Positions 45,501 through 59,873 of a stretch of 64,000 nt of DNA are shown here, piece after piece. The notes below the pieces were generated by a model that was not told where the DNA came from, searched no databases, and saw nothing but the letters and a program-made list of their open reading frames with translations. Position 1 is the first letter of the stretch. Each line of letters begins with the position of its first letter. The stretch comes from Vicugna vicugna (lineage: Eukaryota), in contig MU061538.1 in assembly GCA_013265495.1 (NCBI GenBank), positions 124,001 to 188,000 of the forward strand, in the 5' to 3' direction. A program made the position numbers and the translations under genes.

Positions 45501-48500
45501 GTCCTTTGAATAAAAGGCGGAGGGCTGTGTTAACTTTCAGCCTGGAGAGGAGGGCATAGTTCCTTTATGTAACCCGGTGGTTCTCAACACTTTTGGTGTC
45601 CCAGCCAGGATGGGTGGAGTGCAGCTGGACCCTCTGGAGTGGAGGCAGGGGTGCTGGACGCCCTGCAGTGGACAGGCTACCCACCCAGAGAACTGGCCAG
45701 AACGCCAGCCAGGCCAGCCGAGAAGCCCTGGTGCAGGTGGGAGTCTTGGAAGGCAGCGGCTGGCCGTGTGCTCACGTGCAGGGGCAGAGGTGACGGGCTG
45801 ATGTGGTGCAGAACCAGCCCTAATAGGAAGGAGTCTTGCCTCCTCCAGCCCCCCCAGTCCTGGTGGAGCGACCGCCTGAGATCTGACCCTGTCACTGTTC
45901 TGCTAGAAACTCCCCACACCTCATGGCCGGGGCCCATGCCACGTATATGTGTGCACATATACACATACACGTGTAAGTGTGTGTATTTGCCAATTACATG
46001 CATGTTCTATTGAGCTAATGCTTACTACCAAACAAATTAAAAATCAGTTTAAGAGAGTGAGAAATTAAACATTATCAGTGATTAGTTAATACCATTGAAG
46101 CTACAAGGCATTTCTGTACCCACGAAAAGTATTAGTACTGTCTCAGATGCTTAGTTGTGAAATGCTTCAGTCTCGGTGGCTCGGGGTGTCGTGGCCTGTT
46201 GCCCCGTGGCACAGTGTGCAGCTGTCCAGCGTCAGTGAGAGCGTGCGAGTCCGTATTTGAGGAAGTCTGACGGGTGGTTTTTAGTCTCTTTGGCTGCTTG
46301 CTCGCGGGGTCTGATTGAATCGCTGGTCCTTTGGCCTCGTCCTGCCTGAAGAGCTGCCACCAGGAGGCGTGTCGGCTGGTCCCCTTTTCCGTGCCACCAC
46401 GAGCCGTCCATGACTTCTTTGCAAGAATCTCCTCAAATCCGGTTCATGTTCTGTTCGGTTACAGTGGATCCGTAGATCACGTCGCCGGGCATAGGGGAGT
46501 GGTGGTGCACTGAGGGGCCGACGGAGGGTCGCTCACCCTTCCTTCCTCAGAACCCACCGGCCCGCTTGCCACGGACTCAGTGAGGCTGCAGAGGGAGCCC
46601 ATACACCGAAGACACTTAGTTGTAAGTCAGTGTAAGGAGGGCATATCTCAATATATACACACCGTCATTTTTGCTGAATCAATGAATGAACCAGTTGTAG
46701 ACTTTCAGAGATGGGAAGGACCCCTGCTCCAGTTTCATCACTTTACAAGCAACTTCTAAGTAAGGAGCCTGAGACGTGGGCATGTGGAGGTTACTAAGCC
46801 TCCGAGACCAACCCAGACGGAGCCTGAGGGGACACGGGCCTTCTCTTTGCCTAAAAGTCTTCGAGGAATGAATACACGTGGCCACGAAGTGGGGGCGAGC
46901 TCTTGCTGAAAGTCGGGCTTCTGGCCCAGCTGCTCTTCCAGAATTTCTCTGGTTACCCTGGGATCGGACTCTGTTTTCAGCAGTGACGCTGAAGAATGCC
47001 CGTTTTCACAAATGTGCGCCACTGTGCTGACCGTATCTGAACACCTGTCCTGGCCCCGTTAGCACCCAGGGCTGATGTTCTCTGCATTTCAGGACCCGGC
47101 CCCCCTTCTTGTCCCCGCCCTGCTTCTCTGGGTGGGAATAAGATGTCAGTGAAATACTAAGGAATGCTGATTATCAGATGAGGCATCTGTACCAGGAATA
47201 GTCATTAACTTAAGGGTTTTGTAGCAGCAAGATGAGGCGAGGGAATGCATCCTCGCACCAGAAGCGCCAGGCTTCCCTGCTCCTGCTCGTCACGCAGCAC
47301 GCTGACCTCCAGAACAACACTGTAAAGTTCAGCTTCTCACTGTAAGAACATTTCAAAACGAGTGAAGGGCCTTCAGCCTAGGAAGTCAGGAAAGGAGATT
47401 CATATACTTGGTTGGAATAAAATGTGAACCATCCAGGAAGTACAGCCTCCCGCCTGGGGGCTTGCCATCCTGGCTTCTGTTGGGGGGCCGGTGGCCAGCT
47501 CGCCTCTTCATCCAGAGACCCCACTTTATGTCAGCTCGGTCGCTTCCTACTGAAGCACAAGATCTAGGGCCGTTTCATTGCCAAGGACCCCAGAGAGAGC
47601 CCTGTGTCCGACTGGTGGACTGAGCCACTGACCCACTGAGGACCCGGGTCAGAGTGAGGAGTCACAGGGCCGGTGGAGGAGGAGGACGGCGTGTCTGGGG
47701 AGGCCCCCCGATCCCAGGCAGGGTCCCTGGAGTGCCCCTGAGATGCCGCCTGGGGCCCCAGTGGGCTGCGTACCAGCCGTCGTCCAACAGAGCAGGACGG
47801 CCTTGCAGCTGCGAACTTCCTGTCCCCGCGGGGAAGGTTGTGGGGGCAGCAGCAAGAGCCCGGCTTCACTGGGGGAAGGCTGCCGCCTGAGCTCAGAAGC
47901 AGCTCCACTGTTCACGTTCACGCCGGGGACTAAACCCAGCGGCAGCTGGCCCTTGGACAGCACTGGTTTGAACTGCATGAATCCACTTACACGTGGGGGT
48001 TTTCTGATTCATATGTCATGCTGCAGTCTGAGGTTGATTGAATCTGCGGCGGGCCGAACACGGGACGTGCGTTTCCGTGGGCTTTGGTACCCGTGTGGGT
48101 CCTGGAGCCAGTCCCCCATGGATACGAGGGACAAGGGTGCATTTTGAGGGAACTTCAGGCGTCTGCTCTTTGTCAGGCTCCTCTGTTCTCACTGTGGGCA
48201 GTGTCAGTTTTCCACTGAACTGCACAGCGAACCAGGTAACCCTCCACTCACTGCAGTGGGCCGAGTCCCTACTGTGTGCCAGGCCTGGTTCTGGGCTCGG
48301 GAGCTGCAAACACAAGACAGGTCCGTGGGCACGGAACCCTCTCTGCCTCCCCGAACTGTTACCAAGCCAGGTTCATTTCACCTGACGCACAGCAGGTGCT
48401 GCGCCGAGACGCCGGGGCGCACCTGCAGGGCAGCCAGGCGCCGAGACAGGAGAGCCCATCTCAGACCCGCCCCCCTGAAGGCGGGGTGTCGGCGCCTGTG

Positions 48501-50009
48501 GGATGAGGACTGAAGGCACAGGCCCAGCTGAGGCGCGGGGCGTGGGGGCAGGTAATTGGGAGGAGGTGCCGCTCGCCGGCCTGCGCAGGCGTAGCTGGGC
48601 TGCAGGCCCGCGGGGGTCAACCGCGCAGGCCCAGCTGGGGGATCGGCGGCCCGTCCCGGCTCTTCCAGCTGGGCTGGGACCAGACGCAGCTGCTCCGGGT
48701 TCCCGGGAAGCTGCCCGAGCGGGCGGCCCGTGTAGGCTCCGTGTTGCTTGGAGGGCGCATGTGTCTTAAAACGACCGTGATCAGGGAAGGCAGGTGAGGT
48801 GGGCCTGACTCATTACCCACGGTTTCAGAGCGTCCTCTGCCTCCAGCACCTCTTCTGCCTTCCAGAACTTTCCATGGCCTCCAGAAGCCCACCAGGGCGG
48901 TTCTCTCTCCTGTGAATTCCTACTGCTCGTCGCAGAGTGGAGTTGTATTAAGGTGATCCACGCAGTGACTAGGGTTTTCCGTGCCACGTGCGTGGTGTTG
49001 GTTTGGGAAGCCCTTTTCAGACAAAGGCTTCCCGTGTGAGGAGACCTGTGTGCAAGCACCACATTTCTCTCTTCCGTGGTGTCTATTTTGTTGTGTTTCC
49101 TAATTCTCACCAGGAAACGGAAGTGGCGCTTGTGAGGTTGGCTTTTACGTTTTCCATACGTGCTTCCCACTGGCTGTGCTGACAACCGTGGGCCTTGTTA
49201 AAAAATCACACTGGGCATCAGGCCCAGCGGGAAGCGCCCCTTGCAAACGCGCTCCTGCGCGCGGGGGCCGGGCAGCAGGCACTTGCGAAGGCGGGGACGC
49301 TGTGCCCGGGCCTCCTCCCCCACCGCCTCCCCTTCGCGGCCTTTGTGTTTGCTGTCTGGGTCCTCTGGGGCTTTGTGAGGGGAGCTGCTCGGGCGGGAGA
49401 AGGAAGCTTGCTGAGAAGCCCCTGTCCAGGAGCCGCCCCGGAAAGGCAGAAGGGTCAGCCTCCATGCTGTGAATTGTTTCCGTCTCCACGGAGCACAATC
49501 GGCTTCGACCCCGAGTCTATGAAGCGCTCGGTGAATCGGCACCAACCCGTCATCGGCAGGGCCTTTGCTGGTGCGGGTTCGGGGGCCCGTGAGGACACTG
49601 CTGCTCTGTGCCCCGCGCGGCTTGTGTGGGGGCCACGTCCTGACGAACGCCAGGAAAACGGGAGTGAGGGATCTCCAGGAGGAGAAGAGGCTGGGAGGGG
49701 AGGCTCTTGCCTAGGTGTGCACACTCCGCGGTGCGGGCTGGGCCTGGGTGCTCAGACCCGCGTGTGGCCCTCGGCGCGCTGTGACCTCCCGGGCCCTGGG
49801 CCCAGGCTGGGAGTGGACAGCACCTGAGTGCGTGCTAGTTTGGCCTGGAGTTCACACTGTTGGCAGATCTCCTTGGTATACTGGAAAAGGAAATCTAGTC
49901 TAAAAGTTGTTTTCTCCCCCAAAGACCCCAGAATGAATTACTCAGTGTGGCTGCCGTGTCTGTTGAGAAAAAAGTAATGGTTTCACGATTTTGTGACCAA
50001 ACTGTCTAC

Positions 50010-50050
50010 TTTCTCTGGACCTCAGTTTCCCCGTCTATGAAATGAGGACG
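50010..50050 (+). mobile_element. MIR core remnant
   Basis: ctctggacctcagtttccccgtctatgaaatgagg. Confidence 0.6.
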
Positions 50051-53000
50051 TAGGACCCACATGTTCATAGTCACATAATTTAGAAACACTAGCTCTCAGT
50101 AAGCGAGAGCCCCCTCCTTTGCGTGGGCCTTCGTGCAGTAGTGGACGTAGCTCGTGGCACACTGGCTGGTCTTTTCTGCGTCCCGGGTGATGGCTCACCC
50201 ATCGCGCACATCTGGGCTGGGCCGGGACCCTCTGCAGAGCCTGCCTCCCCCGAGGGCCCCGCAGTCTCCCTGCCCCTCCTCCCTGGCTTCTCGCCTCCTC
50301 CTGGAGGGCTGTACCCCAGCACCGCCGTCAGGTCAGCCATCTTGGATGCTGGGCGGCCTGCTTGGCACAGGCCGGGAACGCACAGGCTTGTCAGGTAACG
50401 AGCATCCTGGAGGTCTGGAGGGAGCCTTGATGAAGAGCCTTCCTAAAATACGCGCTGCCGGGGTGACGTCTGTTCTGGGGTCTGGAGGGGGCGAGGGCAC
50501 AGGCACCGCGGCTCAGCCAGCGTGTTTGTCACGGTGACAGGGCAGCCTGGTGTGAGCTCAGGCATCTTCCGGCCTGGAACAGGCAGGAATAAACACCATC
50601 AGCATCCGGGAGGCGCGGGCGAGACGCGTTTCATTCACTCGGCTGGACGAGGGCCATCTGGTGCTGTTCAATTTTTCACCACTTCCGTAGTTTAGTTTTG
50701 CCAACAGACCTGCCATGAACAGGACCGTCCATGACCCACGAAGACGGGGCAGGGGTCAGGGGGAGCCGTGCCCTCCTCCCGCCGGAAGAAAAGGATGAGG
50801 GTGAAAATCCTTTTCTCCTCTGGACACGTTTGAAGTGGGGAAGCCCCGAAGTCTGGCCGTTCGCTCGTCCAGGCCCCTCACCTGTGAGGAGCACCAGCCC
50901 GGGGCACCAGGTGTTAAAGGTCGGGGCTGCCTGTGCCGGGCGGCTGGAAGGGGAGGGAGGCAGGCCGCAGGGTTGCGCGCTGGCCTGGAGGGGTTCTGCA
51001 GCGGCCCCGGGGGCCCTGGGTGTGACATCTTTGTCCCTCAGTGCTCAGGAGCCCACGGGACCTTCTGATGCTGGTGGTCGATCTTCAGTGTCTTCAAAAC
51101 TGAGTGTGATCTAAGGGGAAGGTTCTCAGGGGCAGGAAGACGGCTCAGACCAAGGGCCTGTTTGGGGGACGGTGCTGGGGTTGGTGGACAGGCTTGGGGT
51201 CAGGTGACCAGGAGGCTCTCAGCGCCCCCGTTCTCAGTCTCCCGCCCTGCGAGGGGGCCTGTGTGGTGAGGCCAGGTCAGACTGTTTCTGCGGATCCTGC
51301 AGAGCCTGACCGTGTATCCTGGGTCCGAGCGTCAGGGGTCGGCTCCCCGGTTCCCCTTGGACTGTGGGTGAGGCCGGGGGGTGTGATGTCTAGGCAGGAG
51401 TCCTCCCCACACCAGGATCCCAGGGGCAGCTGCACTGTGTGGACACAGCCCCTTGGGACTGGACCCAGTGGGGCCGTGGGTGGGGAGGACCAGCCGGTGG
51501 CGGGGCCCTGACTCCGCTTTAGGGTGGGTCTCGGCAGCCGGCCAGGCTCCATTCCCAACGGGAGTATTTGAAAGTTGCTTCGTTGGCCTGTGTGAGTTTG
51601 GCTCTGACAGCCCTCTGCAGGGACAGTCGGTCCTGGTCCTCAGACAGGCAGCTGGGCTCTCTTCCGTCCTGGGGCCCCGAGGTGAAGGAGGAGAAGCCTC
51701 ACGCTGGTTTGGTCTGTCCTCGCCTCTGCCCCACAGAAAGGGCTCCCAGCCGCGTGGCATCCCTGGGGCTGCACGTGGTTTCCTACGAGTCAGACCCCAG
51801 AATGAGGCAGCACGTGCACAAAGGGGCCACGTGGGCCTGCTTGTCACGCCGTGAAGGCCCTCCTGGGTCCGCACATGTCTCTGTGCTCCGGCGAGACCTT
51901 CATCCTCCCCGTGTTCCTGCTGACTGAGGGGTCCCTCCAGGCCCTGCCCGACGATCTCTGACCTGCCCTGGAAGTGAACTGGTGCTGGGTGAAGCTGAAC
52001 CAGAACGGGTCTAAAAGGTGGCGGTGGGGAGGGGAAGGCAGGTGATCCCGGGGCCCCACTGGGGTCGGGGAGGGGGCAGGAAGTGTCTCCAGGCTGCACA
52101 GAGTCTGGGATGACTGGCGAGGGGTGGGGCTGCCCACTCACACGCTCTGTTGGTGGGAGTGGGGTCATCTCAGCTTGTGGGCAGGGCGTTGACTGTTTCC
52201 ACCCCAAAACGCACAGATCTGTGACCTGAAGTCCCACTCGGAGGAATCTGGACTACAGCCTGCTTGCACACGTGTGCGGCAGTGTTTGTGCATAGGCCTG
52301 CACTGCTGTGGCTTTGGCTATAAAATAAAACTAGAAACAACCTAATTTTTCGTGATGAGAGACTGGTTAAACCTATGCTGTGTTCATACCGTAGGACCTG
52401 CAACTGTTAGAAAGATTGAGGCGATTTGGTTCAATATCGGGAGGAATGGTTAACCAGGCTGCTGCGCGCCGGGCCTGCCCTGCCCTGCCCTGCCCCTGTA
52501 CGCACACGTCCTGTCCAGTCCCGGCAGTGGCCCTGCGGTGCAGGAGCTGCTCTGGAGCGTGTTTCACAGACACACTCAGGCACGGTGGCCTCGGGGCCCA
52601 GCTCTGAGCCCACAGTGAACGGCCAGGTGTGAATAATGACCCCGACAGCAGGTTTTAAATGTACAGACACATGTCCTGCACACAGAAAAGAGCATTCATT
52701 AAAAAACAGGAACCTTACCAAGGACTTCTTTTCAAAGTTTATTAGGGGCTGAGAAGAGGGAGGTGAGACCGGGCTGAGAGACTCCCCACCCCCCGCCCTG
52801 GGGCCTCCGTGCCGCGCTCGGCCCTGGTTCAGGCCGTGGGGCCCGCGGAAGGGAGGCCCGAGCTGAGGAGGACGCCCAGGTGTCGGAGGCGGGAACGCAC
52901 ACCCGGCCCGAGCTGCGGGAGTGCTGAATGCAAAGTGATTGGCTCCATCTGGGGGAGGATTCGTTGTAATCAGGTTGTTTTTCCGGGCTCTGCAGCCCAG

Positions 53001-56000
53001 TTATTCTCCAGCTTGTGCCGGCTGGGTGTCGGCACTGCCTTACCCAGACTTCAGACTAGGAACCGTCACTGCCAGTTTGCACACTGCTGTGTGAGTGAGA
53101 CTTGCGTTCTGTGATGCTTTCAGTTCTTCCTGGTGCCCTGGGTCCCTTACACTGAGTCCTTCCCGTGTCAGACTTCCAGAAAAGCATGATGGGGGACAGT
53201 TTCTGCTGGAGAGACAAGCAGTGGTTCTGTGTCTCCTGAGATGCGCTTCCAGGCACCCCCACCCAGGGACTTCAGCTGCAAAGCGGCAGTCCTGCTCGGT
53301 GGCAGGGGTTTCGGCTCTCAGGCCACCCCGTGCTGGGACGCCTTCTCTGCCTGCACGAGGCAGCGGGGCGCTCTGTGCGTGAGGGTCTGGACGGCTGGGT
53401 AGTTCCTCTGCGGCCAGGAGGACCCTCCCTGCCCCGGGGACGGCTGCTGCGGGAGGTGCCGAGCTACCGGTGTTACCGAGCCAGACCTGGGTCCACTGGC
53501 CGACTCCCAGCCAAGCCAGCCTCCTGACACCGGGTTGTGGTGAAGGAACGCACAGTGTGATTGCAGGCCCAGAGAGGAGCACGGCAGCTCAGAAGCCCTC
53601 AACTCCCCCTGGCTCTCAGGGAAGGGTTTCTAAAGACAGGAGGAGAGGGTCGCAGGGTGTACGATCAGCTCTGGTTCTCCCTGCTGAGCGCTGTTCTCCA
53701 CAACAAGCCTGTGACTTCTGGGGATTCTTTCTTGTACCCTTTTGGTGCGGACACATGCAGGGACGTTACTGCTGCCCCCGCGTGGTCTGTACAGGGCAGG
53801 GCAGCCTCACCAAGTGCCCGGGATCGCAGCCCTGCCGCAGACGCTTCCGCCGGAGCGGCTCTGATTCTGTCTGATGTGGCTGGTGTCCTGGAAAGTGGTC
53901 AGCACCCCTTCGTTTTACAGTGAGCGGATGAGGACGGGGCGTGGGGCATGTCCTGAGTCAGAAGCCCAGCAGGGGCAGGATCAAACCCCGCCGTTCTGCG
54001 CCAGGACTGGTGGGGCTGCCGGGCAGCTCGGCTCCTAACCAGGGTGCTTCTGAGAGTCAGAGGTGTGGTGGCCAGTGGTGTTCTAGGTGCAGAGGGGCCG
54101 CCTGGGGCTTGGGAGGGTCCCCACAGGCCAGCCTGGGCCACTCAGAGGGCTCGACTGCTTCCCTGGTGGCTCCAGACCCCAGGAGCCCCTGTAGGGCCAC
54201 GTGGAGAGCAGAGAAGTCAAACACGAGGGCCCTGCCTGTGTTGCCTGTAGACCTGGCACCGTGCCCCAGTTTTGTGCACTTGCTCCAAGACCAGGTCTGT
54301 CGGTCTGTCACAGGCCTCCAAAGACCTTTGTTTTATTTAGCTCTTCCTGGGAAGAGCAGCATCTCGGGAATGCGCCCCCGCGAAACCATGGCACCCGCAG
54401 GAGCCACGTGGGGCCCGAGAGCGCACGCCTGCAGGGCCGCGGGTCACCTGGGGCCAGAGGGGCTCCTTGGGGGTTCTGGGGCAGGAGCAGGGGCGGCCCG
54501 AGTCGGGATGTAGCAAGGACTGCCTCTTTTTCATCCAGCCGCGGCCCGGGTTCTCATGGGGGTCCCCGATGGCCTGCAGGCTCCACGCAGACCTAGATGG
54601 GTGGCTGCTGGCCTCCCTCCTGGCCTGGGCGGTAAGCGTCCTCACAGGGCCTTGCCTGTGGGGAGGTGGGAGGGGAGGTGGGCAGGGAGGTGGCCACCGG
54701 CCCTCTGGTTTGGGGTTTGGCCCAGTTGGTGCTGCCGTGGTGCCCCGGGCTTCCTTCCCTTGGGGTCCACAGATGTGTTGGCCTTGCTGAGCCCACACCC
54801 TACATTGTTTGTGGGGGAACTGGATCCAGTCCTGGGGCAGGAGGCACAGGGCTGGCTGTGGGCCTCTGCCTTCTGAGTGCTCACACGAGGAAAGAGTGGT
54901 TTTTATTCAGGGACCATGGCTTTCCCAGGGGGCTGGCTAGTCTTTCTGTTTATCGCTGCACGCTGGTGCATGGAGCCAAGTACAGTCCTTGCGAAGTGTC
55001 CACAAAACACTGGATGGAGCAGAGCTGTGGGTGGGTCTACTGCTGGCGGCTTGAAAGGCGGACAGAGGCCACTGGGTGCAGCCAGGAGCTCGGCGTTCCT
55101 GGAGGACCTTGCATCAAAGGCCCTCTGGGTCCAAGGTGAGCTGCTCTCTGACCCAAAAGAAGACCATTCTGAGGGGCTTGGTCTTCCATAAAAGGAGGCA
55201 GAACTACACAATATGAAGAAAGTCAGCTTTCCCCGCCCAGAACTGAATTCCAAGGGGTCGAGATGTGGGGTTAGGGGTAGGGAGGAGGAAGAGACCTTGG
55301 CGGGGAGCTGGGGTATGCGAGGAGCAGGTGAACTTCCGGGCTGTGTCGCTGCCTGTCCACCTGCACATGCTCTGGCGGGGTGGCTCAGCCGGTACCCGCC
55401 CACCGTGGACGCGCCCTGGGGAGTGACAGTGCGGCCCCATGTGAGAAGACACACAGGGGCCCCTCTCAAGCCTGCGCCCTCCCGGCTGCTGGCCCTGGGG
55501 CTCCCAGGTGAGGGACAGCTGGGGTTTCCGAGCAGCGTCATTCTGGTCAGTCTCCTTCCTCCGATTGGCCCTCTGAGCACCTGGGAGATAATTCTCGTGT
55601 GCCTCAGGGGACAGAGGCTGCCTCTGTCCAGCGAGCACCTGCTTTCAGAGAGTGTCAAGTGGAGGACGGCCAGCTGGACGCCTCCGAGGGCCTGATGTGT
55701 TGCTGGCAGCGATTCGTTAAAGGGTCCGAAGCTGCGCTCCGAGCTTGTGCGTGGGAGCCCCGTCTCCGAGCAGGAGGGTTGTCCTCCGAATGCTGACCAT
55801 GCCTCCCGCCCTGACTCCTCCCTGCTTTCTCGCCCCCAGGAGGACAGGCCTGGCTCCAGAGTCTTGGTTTCTTGTCACTGTGCCCCCTTGGCGTCTCACG
55901 GTCCCCCACAACGTGACGGGGGGCCCGAGCCCCTGGTCGTTTGCTGTCTGGCTTGTTGAGGGCTCTCCCGGGATGATGGTGAGGCCTGGCTTGGCTCTCC

Positions 56001-56059
56001 TGCAGTCAGCGGGACATTGGGGTGGGACCTGGAGTTGCTTCGGGAGAGAGCAGGTGACA

Positions 56060-56125
56060 CGCCCTGTGTGACTCTGCGTTTCTGAGCCTTAGTTTCCTCA
56101 GATGTAAAATGGGAGGAGCAGACCA
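56060..56125 (+). mobile_element. MIR core remnant
   Basis: tgtgtgact...tctgagccttagtttcctcagatgtaaaatggg. Confidence 0.65.
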
Positions 56126-58519
56126 AGTAACACAGAGCACGTCGAATCCTAAAGGCCTCTGTGGGTTCAGTTTTTCACTGTCCTCTCACTCAGCGAGCGG
56201 TTGGTCAGTGGGGCTCTGATGCTGGCTGCTCAGGGTCAGACATATTCTGATTAAAGTGAACATGCTTTGTGAGCAGAAGTGACACTGTTGTGTCTTAATG
56301 TGAAAGTGAGCTCTGAGCTTCCTGGAAGCCAAAGCAAAAGTAAGAACTCACCAGTTCACACAGTTTGTACAGCCGATCAAGGAACTGGTTGAGCACCTTC
56401 GTTTGGTCCAGGCCCTGGGCAGGCCTGGGAGGAGGTCACCAAGGTGGCCTCAGGTCAGAGCAGGCCTGCATGGAGGGGTGGCCCGCTGTGCTGGAGGGGT
56501 GGGGAGGGCCCACTCACCTGGCTCAGGTGTGTGCGGGCATCTGCCCCGCGCCCATCCGCAGCCCCCAGAAGTTACTGCTGAGTTACATCTTGTAAAATCT
56601 GAGAGTCCTAAAGGGAAAGGGGATGTGGTAAGATTCCGGAGCAGCTGAGAGTCCGCTGGTCACTCCCTCCATGACCGCGGCTCCCGTTCCTTTCAGGGGT
56701 CTTGTGTGGCCGTCAAACCCTCTTTAGTAGCTGATGCAAAGTGTTGGTGGGCGTCCTGTCCATGTGTTTCGAGGCCTCGCAGACACCCGTTTGGCCGGAG
56801 ACGTGACCATGTCGATCCTGGGAGGGTGTGGGGTGCCCATGAAGTCCTGCTTGGAAGGAGGGTTTGCGTGGAACAGGGCATCTTCCGGACTTTGCGGCCC
56901 CCGGCTCCAGCGGTGACAGGGCAGCCAAGGGGCTCGGGTGGAAACAGGCTTTCTGACCGTGACGTGGTGGACTTCACAGGGGCTCTGCTTGCTTTGGACA
57001 GGCGCTCACCTGGGGTTTGTGTTCTCAGCAGATTTGTGGGGGAAGGCAGAGCCCCAAGGTCACATCTCTGCACAGCCCACCCTCCAGGTGCCAGGTTGAC
57101 GGCAAGCCCTGCAGTCTCCCCACTTTCTGCCTGAAGGAAGCAGGCTGTGGCCCCCAGACACCTTGCCCCTGGTCTTGGAACGTGGCACACTGTATCAGGA
57201 AGGCGTGCGCAGTCCAGTGGGCTGGGCTCTGGGGCCTGGCGGGCAGCCTCCCCCAGGAGGAGACAGCTCGTCTCCCACCCATGGAGGTTGGAGGGGGCGG
57301 GGGTTTAGATAGTCCAGCCCCGCCCAGGACAGCCCACACCTGACTGCGTTTTCGCAAAGGACTAGGAAGTAAAATTGTCCTTTCGAGGTAAAGATCAGGT
57401 GATTGGCACAAAGACCTACCCTGGAGGGCGTCCAAATGCTTTGCTCCAGTGAACTCCTGAGGTCACAGACGGGGTCAACAGGCGACGGTTGTCCCCTCCC
57501 GAGTGCCAGCTGGGTGCTGGGGAGGGCCGGGCCTGTGAGCAGGTCCCGGTGTCGGTTTGTATTACACACGTCCTGGCACTCACCATGTTTGCAGTGAGGC
57601 CTCCCACAATAAAGTGCGGCTTTGGAGAATGCAGCCCTTAATGTAAGACTGTTTGTATGCACGTCCCAAAGCGCTAATATTATAATGTCAAATGTTCTGC
57701 CGTCTTGGCAGGAGTTTTTCTGAGATGATGCAGTAACCCTCAGTCCTGTTTTTCCATCACATCCCAGGGTGTTTTAGTTACCATAAGAAGGGAAATAAAA
57801 TGCAGACGCGACCCAGCTGTTTGTAGTGTGCCGCCCTTCTGAGGGCTTTATGAACAATGAGAAGGATGCACTGCATGTGGGCCGCCCCGCTGAGGATTGC
57901 CCGTGCTCCGGCCGGGGCGTCTCTTCTCACTGGGCGGCCTCACGGGGCATTGGTGGGGAGGGCCCTGCAGGTGAGGCCGACCGGACGGTGGGGCCCCGGG
58001 TGGTGCCTGTAGGAGCTCAGGGTCGACGGGCTTGGATTTCCAACCGGGGTCTGGCTCTCCTGTTCACGGAGGATCCGGAATCTGCCACAGAGGACTGACG
58101 GTTGGAGGGGCCCATTTCTCCAAGTGGAGCCAAAAGGCCCAGGTTTGCCGTCCTCAGACGTTAGTCCTGTGTGGCAGCAGTGCTTAGGGGTGTCCTTCAT
58201 TAACACCCGAAGAAGGAAGAGGGGGTTTGAGGCTTTGGTTCTAGAAGACAAGTTCCCGGTGTGTGCTCCGGAGCAGGACAAACGCGGTGGGTTATTTGCT
58301 GTCCAGAGTCTCGGGGTGAAGCTGCCAGTTGGCGGCTGCGGCCGTGGGCACGTCAGGGAGCCAGTGATGATGGACAGACGCCTAGAATGTCGCTCAACAC
58401 TCATGACAAAAGTCCTCCCTGCATCTTCCGAAGGAGAGGCCGGGAGCCCGGTTCTTGAGGGGCTGCAGCGAGCATGGCGCTCCAACAGCACCACCTCCGC
58501 TGGGGCTTGTGGCCACACG

Positions 58520-58705
58520 GCCAGGGTCAGACTTGGATTCCAGTCCCACAGCAGTTCGGGTGGTGCGGCCTCAGGCAGATTGCAGGGCTTCGCAGAGTCT
58601 CCTTCCTCATCTGCGAAGCGGGGATCTGTCCTGCTGGCTGTTGTGAGGGTTAGACAAGGTCACTATGGGAAGCGCTTTGTGGGTAGAGCTCAGTAAATAC
58701 TTGAC
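58520..58705 (+). mobile_element. MIR remnant
   Basis: cagacttggattccagtccc...ttcctcatctgcgaagcgggg...gttgtgagggtta...gctcagtaaata in MIR order. Confidence 0.65.
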
Positions 58706-59873
58706 AAACATGCTGCACGGCCAGCAGATGTCAGACGTCGCTCCGCAGGTGGGTGAGCACACGGGACACTTGTCGGTTGAGTCCTCACTGTAGGAGAAGC
58801 CCCGAGGTTTGTAGGTGGGGGAGGCACCAGTGCAGGGAGGTGTCTGGCACCTCAGGGTCCGTGGTGAGGCCTGGGCCACCACGTACGCCCCCTGCCCCCG
58901 AAGTCCCGGGGTTCCTGCTGCCTCTGCCCCGGGCGAGGCGCCCGCAGCCTTGCACTGGCCAGCCCTCCAGCGGTAGGTGTGCTGGCCGTGGGGAGGGGTT
59001 GCCCTCCTCGGAATTTCATCTCCAATGACGGGGAGGCACGCAGCCTGGCCCCTCATTGCCCACGAGGCCCAGCCTGCACACTGAGCTGTGGCGGGGACTC
59101 AGGCGGGAGCCAGGCGCCCGTGCGCCCTGGGGACCCTTGGCCTGCAGCTGCTTCTCCAGTCCAGCTCTGAGGTCAGTGCCTGAGGAGCAGGAGGCCCTCC
59201 GCTGGGAGACGGCAGGTGACACTGAAGAGGACCCCGCAGCGTGAAGGGCCAGCGGGGCAACAGACTGAAGGTGGCACCGGGCCACTGAGACGGAGTCACT
59301 GCAGGTGCCAGGTGCCATGCAGTGGTGAGGACAGACTGGGCCCTGCACGGACAGACAGACGGAGGGGAACAGGGGCAGACGGGGGTGGCTCTATCCTGAC
59401 CCTGGACTGAAGGCACCTTCTCTTCCGGCTGGGCTCCTGCCGGCCATGTCCACCCGTTTCCTCCTGGTAGGGCTGGGGGTGCGGCCCTGAGAGATGCCAG
59501 TCTCTTCTCTGACCTGAGCTTGGACCTGAGTGGCGTCTGGGTCCTCAGTCAGTGGTGAGCCACGTGCCCTCCCGGTGGGGCCGCTCAGCCCGGGAGGCGG
59601 GGCTGGGTCAGCGTCCCTGCTCCCCGCGTGGGGGATGGGCTGCTGGCCTCTATTTCTCTGGGAAACGAAACACCCCGAGGATGCTTAAGAGGCAGGCAGC
59701 ACTGCCCGTGCGGTTTGAGGGTGAGTCTGTGCTGCTTAAGTGCGCGACCAGTGCTGCTGTTACCCGCAGCAGAAAGCACTGAAAGTTTGAATAAACAGCA
59801 AACCCGCACCTTAGTGTGTCTGAATATGAATTTCAAAAGTCCTCAAGCTCATTCGAGTTCATAGCCATATTTT

